Assembly: GCA_963695225.1 (NCBI GenBank)
Contig: OY968762.1
Coordinates: 2,528,001 to 2,592,000 of the forward strand
DNA length: 64,000 bases
From: Vulcanimicrobiota bacterium
GTDB taxonomy: Bacteria; Vulcanimicrobiota; Vulcanimicrobiia; Vulcanimicrobiales; Vulcanimicrobiaceae
Reading direction: 5' to 3'
In this document: positions 58,795 to 64,000 of the stretch, piece by piece
Numbering within the stretch: position 1 is the stretch's first letter
Layout of the letters: every line of letters starts with the position of its first letter
Translations under genes and position numbers: made by a program
The notes under the pieces: model-generated
Told to the model about the DNA's origin: nothing
Seen by the model: only the letters and a program-made list of their open reading frames with translations
Database searches by the model: none

Positions 58795-58862
58795 GCGGTT
58801 GGGGCGGGGGATGGTGCCTTCGCGGGCGTCCCCGCGGAGGCACCGTCCCCCGACCCAACCGC
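58795..58862 (-). repeat. Minimal hairpin form of the repeat (copy E)
   Basis: Same GCCC/TAC flanks and CCGCGGGGACGCCCGCG junction; core absent. Confidence 0.75.
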
Positions 58863-58923
58863 GGGCAATAGCGAACAAACCGCCGACACCGCGGCCGAGC
58901 TTTCAGGGGTGAAGGCTGGGCGA

Positions 58924-58966
58924 TGAAGCCGAGGCTACAACGGCGGGGCGGCGCTTCCGGTACACT
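58924..58966 (+). promoter_or_regulatory. Candidate CRP/FNR class II promoter of 59064..59495
   Basis: TGAAG-N6-CTACA; 22 nt from TAC to TACACT. Confidence 0.6.
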
Positions 58967-59063
58967 CTAGACGGAGTATTTTGTCTCACGGTCGGCATCC
59001 ACGGGGGCTTCGTGCCTGAGCGCGAAGGCTGCGCTCGGTGGGGTGACTGCTTAAGGAGAAACC

Positions 59064-59495
59064 ATGGCTGTTTTCGCAGAGCTCACGATCCCGATCTTAG
59101 CAGTCCCCGAGCCCGAGGCTCGGTGGTTCGCTATTGCCAAGAAGATCGCCGAAGATACGGCCGGCTCGACCGCCGTTGAGCTCGAGAATTCCATCTTGAA
59201 GTTCAAGATCGTGTTCCCCGGGAACCTGACGTCGCTGGTTGCGAAGCTCGCGGATCGCAACATCCAGGTCGGGAACGTCAAGGTCGTCCTCTCGGATTTC
59301 ACGTTCGTCGGTGAAGACGTCGACGCGGGTCAGGTCGTCAAGGAGCTCAACGAATATCCGGGGATCGCGAACGTGAGCTTCGACGGCAAGCGCCTCGAAG
59401 CGACGATCGCCCCGACGACGGGCAAGCTGCACGCGATCTACCGCCTCTTGATCGAGAACGGCATCATCATCAAGACGCCCGTCGCCGCAGGCTAA
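59064..59495 (+). CDS. Hypothetical soluble protein (possibly two ferredoxin-like alpha/beta modules)
   Basis: Strong TAAGGAG RBS; coding-like codon usage; no Cys. Confidence 0.8.
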   Translation: MAVFAELTIPILAVPEPEARWFAIAKKIAEDTAGSTAVELENSILKFKIVFPGNLTSLVAKLADRNIQVGNVKVVLSDFTFVGEDVDAGQVVKELNEYPGIANVSFDGKRLEATIAPTTGKLHAIYRLLIENGIIIKTPVAAG

Positions 59496-59646
59496 CCAGG
59501 AAAACGCGCTACCCGGCCGCAGGGGCCGGGATGCTGAGTCATTCGCTCCCGCCCGTAGCTCGAAGCTCCGGGCGGCGTAGCTATGTCCGCACGTCGACAC
59601 GCTACGGAATGACGTAGCCCCGAGGCTGACGCACCGAGTGCAGGCA

Positions 59647-59798
59647 GCGTCCGGGCCGGGGTGGGGCTCCTCCGCGGGGAGTGCAGCTTGCCCGCGAAGC
59701 CACGGATGGCGGGAGCGGGCAAGTGCACTAGTAACGAATTCGCATGGATGCGAATTCGCGGGCGTCCCCGCGGAGGAGCCCCGCCCCGGCCCGGACGC
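59647..59798 (-). repeat. Intergenic structured repeat, short form (copy D, 152 nt)
   Basis: Reverse complement aligns with copies A-C; 33-bp terminal stem. Confidence 0.9.
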
Positions 59799-59838
59799 GG
59801 GCTTCGCTCGCTTCGGTAAAGTCGGGGGGATGGCGCGC

Positions 59839-61521
59839 TCAGGAAAGGCCGAGCGCGGCGTTGACCGGCAGGTGCGCGAGGACTCTCGGGTCGATCGCGC
59901 CTGCGGCGAGCATGCCGCCGACGAGGGCGCCGAAGACTCCGGGCGTCACGACGTCTTGACCCGCGAGATAGAGGCCGCGGATCGGCGTGCGCGGGCCGAG
60001 GTGCGGCGAAAGGAAGCGGCGCGGGCTCGCTTCGATTCCGTAGATCGCGCCGCGGGGGGCGCTCGAGTAGGAGGCGACGGTCGCCGGCGTGGAGAGTTCG
60101 TGATAGGAGATCAGCGGCGCGAGGCGCGGGAAATACCGCGAAAACTGCGCGAGCAATTTCCGGCTCAACTCGGCTTTCCGTTGCCGGTACGCATCGAGTG
60201 CGGCTTGGTCGCGCTTCTCGATCACGTCGACGAACGCGTCGGCGCTCGCCATCACGATGATTCCGGCGGTGTGTTTGTTCCCCGGCCCCGCGTCGTGCTT
60301 GGGGTCGTGCAGCGTCGGGAACGAGACGAACATCATGGGCGCGTCGCCGGGCGCGAAGGGGTCGCTCCACAGGTTCGCGTTCTGATCCCAGGTTTCGTAG
60401 AACCAATGATTGCAAACCGTCGCGCCATGTGCCGCGATGTCGCCTTCCAATCCGAGATGCAGGATGACGGCGCTATGCGAGGGAGTGAACGAGAGAATCT
60501 CCCGGGCCCACGCCGTCTCGCGCAGCGGCGCGGGAAGCAAACGGCCGATCGTGTTCAGGCTGCCGGCGTCCGAGATCACGCGGGAACTACGAAAGATTCG
60601 GCCGTCCGCCGTCCTCACGCCGGCCGCGGCACCACGGTCGAGCAGAATCTCCTCGACGCGCGAATCGACGAGCAAGCGGCCTCCCGCGCGCTCGATGACG
60701 GGCTGCATCCGGCGGCAGAGGACGGCTCCGCCGCCGACCGGATAGAACGCGCCATTGAAGAAACTCCGCGTGACTTTAGCGTGCAGCCCGAAGCTCGCCG
60801 CCGACGGAATCGCACCGTAATCACACCATTGCGCTCCGAGCACGGCGCGGAGCTTCGGGTCGCCGATCGTGCGCTCGAGCATTTGGTGGACGGTGATGCC
60901 GCACCAGCGCGCGATCTCGCGGCGCTTCAGCGCGGCATAGAACGGCGCGAGCGCGGCGGGTAATCCGCGCAGGATGAACGATGCGGTCAGCGCGTTCGAG
61001 GCCCGCTTGAGCGCGTCGAAGTATGCGTCGATCTGCACGCTCGAGTCCGGAAACTTCTCCTTGAGATTGCGCTTGAGCGCGCCTTCGGGATGGTCGAACG
61101 CGATTTCGAAACCGCCGGGAAGGTGGACGTAATCGTACGTCGATCCGAATGCGAACGCGTCGACGGGACCGTCGCAGAGCCATGCGAGCGGGACGGCCGC
61201 ATCCAAACCGGGTCCGAGATCGCTGAGATAATGCAGGCCGACGTCCCACGTATATCCGTTGCGCGAGAACGAATTCGTCGAACCGCCGAGCGCGTGTTGC
61301 TGCTCGAGAACGAGAACGCGCTTGTTGGTTCGCGCGAGAGCGGCGGCGCATGCAAGGCCGCCGATGCCTGAACCGATGACGATCGCGTCCCAAGGGACGG
61401 TCGTCAGGTCAAGAGGTAACGCGGCCGGTGTAAAGGCGCCCACGTGGTGGCCTTCACGCTCGATTCTGCAAGGCCTTGTAGCGAGCGGGAGCTCTCTGCC
61501 AAGCGCGTTCAGAGGCGTCAT
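59839..61521 (-). CDS. Phytoene dehydrogenase-superfamily FAD oxidoreductase (retinol saturase-like)
   Basis: DAIVIGSGIGGL, VLEQ...GG...F...GY.WDVGLHY, YP.GG, ELSTP, GLYLAGQD; start uncertain. Confidence 0.88.
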   Translation of the reverse strand: MTPLNALGRELPLATRPCRIEREGHHVGAFTPAALPLDLTTVPWDAIVIGSGIGGLACAAALARTNKRVLVLEQQHALGGSTNSFSRNGYTWDVGLHYLSDLGPGLDAAVPLAWLCDGPVDAFAFGSTYDYVHLPGGFEIAFDHPEGALKRNLKEKFPDSSVQIDAYFDALKRASNALTASFILRGLPAALAPFYAALKRREIARWCGITVHQMLERTIGDPKLRAVLGAQWCDYGAIPSAASFGLHAKVTRSFFNGAFYPVGGGAVLCRRMQPVIERAGGRLLVDSRVEEILLDRGAAAGVRTADGRIFRSSRVISDAGSLNTIGRLLPAPLRETAWAREILSFTPSHSAVILHLGLEGDIAAHGATVCNHWFYETWDQNANLWSDPFAPGDAPMMFVSFPTLHDPKHDAGPGNKHTAGIIVMASADAFVDVIEKRDQAALDAYRQRKAELSRKLLAQFSRYFPRLAPLISYHELSTPATVASYSSAPRGAIYGIEASPRRFLSPHLGPRTPIRGLYLAGQDVVTPGVFGALVGGMLAAGAIDPRVLAHLPVNAALGLS

Positions 61522-61879
61522 TTGCGTCGGCCCGCGGGGCGAGCGGCGCCGCCGAGAGAGTCCCTGCGTTCGAGGTCCTTCCTCGGAGCGCGCCGCGTGG
61601 ATTGCGACTTGTGTCGAGCGGGAACGCGCGTTCGGGTTCCCGCGCGAGCAAGCGGAGGACGGCAGTTTCGGAGCCATCTTGTCGAAGAGCGAAGCAATCG
61701 GCAAGAGTACGTGGAGTGAAGTGGGAAGGATAGGAGTCGCGGTCTGACCAACTCAGGCGCGATGAAACCGAACGCGTTCGTTCGAGTCTCCCCTCCTTGC
61801 CGGCCGTGTGCGTCGCGATGCAAGTACGCCGCATACCGCGGACCGGCGCGCGACGGCGTCGCTAGATAGGCTGCCGTCC

Positions 61880-62122
61880 GTGCTCACTAGTGCGACCTTC
61901 ACTTGGATTCGCGTCGCGATCATTCTCGCCGGCGTTGCACTGTTCACGTGGTCGTGGTACGTGGAAAAGTTCAAGTGGGGAACCGAGGGGCACGATCCGA
62001 TCCGCGACGCGAACGCGTTTTCGCTGCGGGCAGGCAGCGTCGTGCTGATCATCGTCACGCTGATGACGTGGGTGATCGCGTACGGGCCGGTAGATTTCTC
62101 GAAGCCCTATAACGGGCACTAA
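61880..62122 (+). CDS. Small two-TM hypothetical protein
   Basis: Two hydrophobic helices with a polar loop; start uncertain. Confidence 0.6.
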   Translation: MLTSATFTWIRVAIILAGVALFTWSWYVEKFKWGTEGHDPIRDANAFSLRAGSVVLIIVTLMTWVIAYGPVDFSKPYNGH

Positions 62123-62248
62123 CCGCGCGGTGGAACGAGCGGTTCGCTCGTAGCGTCGAAAGCGCGTGACCGCGCTCGCAATCGAGCTTCGCGCGGAAGA
62201 ACGCGGCCGGCGAGATTCGAGACGTTGCGGACGGGAGCGAGGGATTGC

Positions 62249-63436
62249 ATGGAGTCGGTGGAGTTCTTGATCGTCGGGTGTGGTCCGGCGGGCGGCGTCG
62301 CCGCGCGTGAGGCCGCTCGCGCCGGCGTCGAGACGCTGGTGCTGGAGAAGGATCCGGTCGTCGGCGAACGCCGCGTTTGCGCCGCGGGATTGCGCCCCGC
62401 ATTTCTCGAGGAGTTCGATCTGCCGCGCTCGATCGTGCATTGCGATCCGATGACGATTGCGATGCACTCGCCGACGCGCCGGCACGATCTTCGCTTCGGT
62501 CCGACGCACACGACGACGCGCGAAGAGCTCGACGGCACGATCGCAGAACTTGCACGGCGCGAAGGCGCGCAGATCCGCACGAACTCGCTCTATCGCGCGA
62601 TGCGCGATGAAGGCGGCTGGACGATCGTCGAGTACGCGGACGTGACGGCCGGCGAGCGCCGCGCTATCCGCGCGAAGAACGTGTTCCTCGCCCCGGGATC
62701 GACGGCGCGTCTCGAAAACGATCCGCGCTTCGCGTTCGAGCGGTGGAACGCGTGGCTCGTCACGTGCCTGCAATATCGGGTCTATCTCGAGCAGCCGGCG
62801 GTCCCCGAAACATACGGAACGCTCGAGATGCACTACTATCACGGTCTGTGCGCGCGGCCCGTGATGGCCTGGACGTTTCCGAAGCGGGATCATCTCACGA
62901 TCGGGCTCGGCGTGACGGCGAAGATCTCCGGCGCCGAATTGCGTCGCGAACTCGATGCCTTCTTGGCGAGCGTCGAACGCCGTCTGTTCAAGGGGATCGG
63001 TTATCGCGTTCGCGTCGAAGGGAATCTGCTCTACGGCGGTCCGCCGCGGCCTCGGATCGCGGCCGGCAACGTGATGGTCGGCGGCACGGCCGCCGGACTC
63101 GTCGACGCGACGACCGGGGAGGGCATCTACGAGGCCGCCGCGAGCGGCCGGATCGCCGCGGCGGCGGTTGCGCAGTCCAAGCGCGGCGGGGCGCGCCCTG
63201 CCGGCCGCACGTACGAGCGCGGCCTCAAGGCGGGTTTCTACGGCCGTTTAAGGGACCGCCACCACTTGATGAACTTCCTCGAGAAGAAGCCGCGCCGCTT
63301 CGACGTCCTGTTCGAACAACTCGTGCGCTCGCCGCGGCTCTCCGACTTGATCCAACGCGATCGCGACGATTACACGCTCGGGCAGTGGTTGTACATCTAC
63401 TCGCACATGCTTCGGTTCACGCTCAAGGCGCTCTGA
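62249..63436 (+). CDS. Geranylgeranyl reductase-family FAD oxidoreductase (BchP-like)
   Basis: IVG.GPAG..AA..AA.AG...LVLEK, CA.G, W.FPK, G.AAGLVD..TGEGIY.A..SG. Confidence 0.8.
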   Translation: MESVEFLIVGCGPAGGVAAREAARAGVETLVLEKDPVVGERRVCAAGLRPAFLEEFDLPRSIVHCDPMTIAMHSPTRRHDLRFGPTHTTTREELDGTIAELARREGAQIRTNSLYRAMRDEGGWTIVEYADVTAGERRAIRAKNVFLAPGSTARLENDPRFAFERWNAWLVTCLQYRVYLEQPAVPETYGTLEMHYYHGLCARPVMAWTFPKRDHLTIGLGVTAKISGAELRRELDAFLASVERRLFKGIGYRVRVEGNLLYGGPPRPRIAAGNVMVGGTAAGLVDATTGEGIYEAAASGRIAAAAVAQSKRGGARPAGRTYERGLKAGFYGRLRDRHHLMNFLEKKPRRFDVLFEQLVRSPRLSDLIQRDRDDYTLGQWLYIYSHMLRFTLKAL

Positions 63437-63653
63437 AGCCCGCCTCTATAGCTCGGCGGAGCGGGCGATCTTCTCCGCGCTGCGCCGGTCTGCGCCGCGC
63501 GGGCGGGAGCGCAATTCGCGCGACGGGCGTCAATAGAGCACCGGCCTCGCGCGCTTTCCCGCGTCTGTGACCTGGTCCCTTGACCCCCGGGCGCGCGTCG
63601 CCATACGATGGTATCCGGCCTGTTGTATCTTCATTTCAGGTTCGAGGAAGCGC

Positions 63654-64000
63654 ATGAATCAGAATACGCAGACGCCCTACGTCGACGAAGCACCGGTCAC
63701 TTCGGCCGGCACGTTCGCCGGAGTCGAGTTTGCCGAGAATCCCGAACCGCGCTGCGCCTGCATCTTGGTGCTCGATACATCCGGGTCGATGCAAGGCTCG
63801 CCGATCGACCAGCTCAATGCCGGGCTGAGGTCGTTCAAGGACGAACTGCTCTCCGACGCTCTCGCCGCAAAGCGCGTCGAAATAGCGGTCCTCACGTTCG
63901 GCGACGCTCCCAAGCTCGTCGCCGATTTCACCGACGCCGCGAACTTCGAGCCGCCGCACCTGGTCGCTTCCGGCCAGACTCCGATGGGCGCCGCGATCGA
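63654..64000 (+). CDS. vWA-domain protein, TerY/YegL-like (3'-truncated; not in the ORF track)
   Basis: [46 protein letters not shown] motif DxSxS. Confidence 0.9.
   Translation, partial: MNQNTQTPYVDEAPVTSAGTFAGVEFAENPEPRCACILVLDTSGSMQGSPIDQLNAGLRSFKDELLSDALAAKRVEIAVLTFGDAPKLVADFTDAANFEPPHLVASGQTPMGAAI

Noticed and set aside
1..64000. Many long overlapping or antisense ORFs in the track (e.g. 7676..10078, 13021..14790, 33099..35165, 49278..51608)
   Set aside because: Arg/Ala/Pro-rich shadow frames of motif-bearing genes, expected at high GC

Overview
GC-rich bacterial chromosome segment, mostly housekeeping and stress genes: relA/spoT, rpsF-ssb-rpsR-rplI-lonC-dnaB, tRNA-Thr, fabI, ahpC/Fur-family regulator, msrA, folP and a folK-folE2 fusion. 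It begins with a GGDEF/EAL-kaiC-kaiB operon that has no kaiA. The main feature is a dispersed anoxygenic photosynthesis region (about 46-63.5 kb): bchY-bchZ with no adjacent bchX, a Type II reaction-centre operon pufB-pufA-pufL-pufM-pufC with Chloroflexi-like antenna and L sequences and no puhA in the window, a CrtI/retinol-saturase-like oxidoreductase and a geranylgeranyl-reductase-family gene. This fits the phototrophic Vulcanimicrobiota (Eremiobacterota/WPS-2); that assignment is an inference, and phototrophy in that phylum is already known. Elements that look undescribed: (i) four small membrane proteins around puf, two of them tandem paralogues with a PYYYGGYPGPPxWFWIL motif; (ii) a shared CRP/FNR-type promoter geometry (5-N6-5 palindrome, 22 nt, -10 box) upstream of pufB, the small-protein pair, bchY and an unknown gene; (iii) unusual reaction-centre cofactor-site residues; (iv) a GTAG-flanked intergenic repeat family whose stems covary between copies. 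All calls come from reading motifs by eye; no searches were run.
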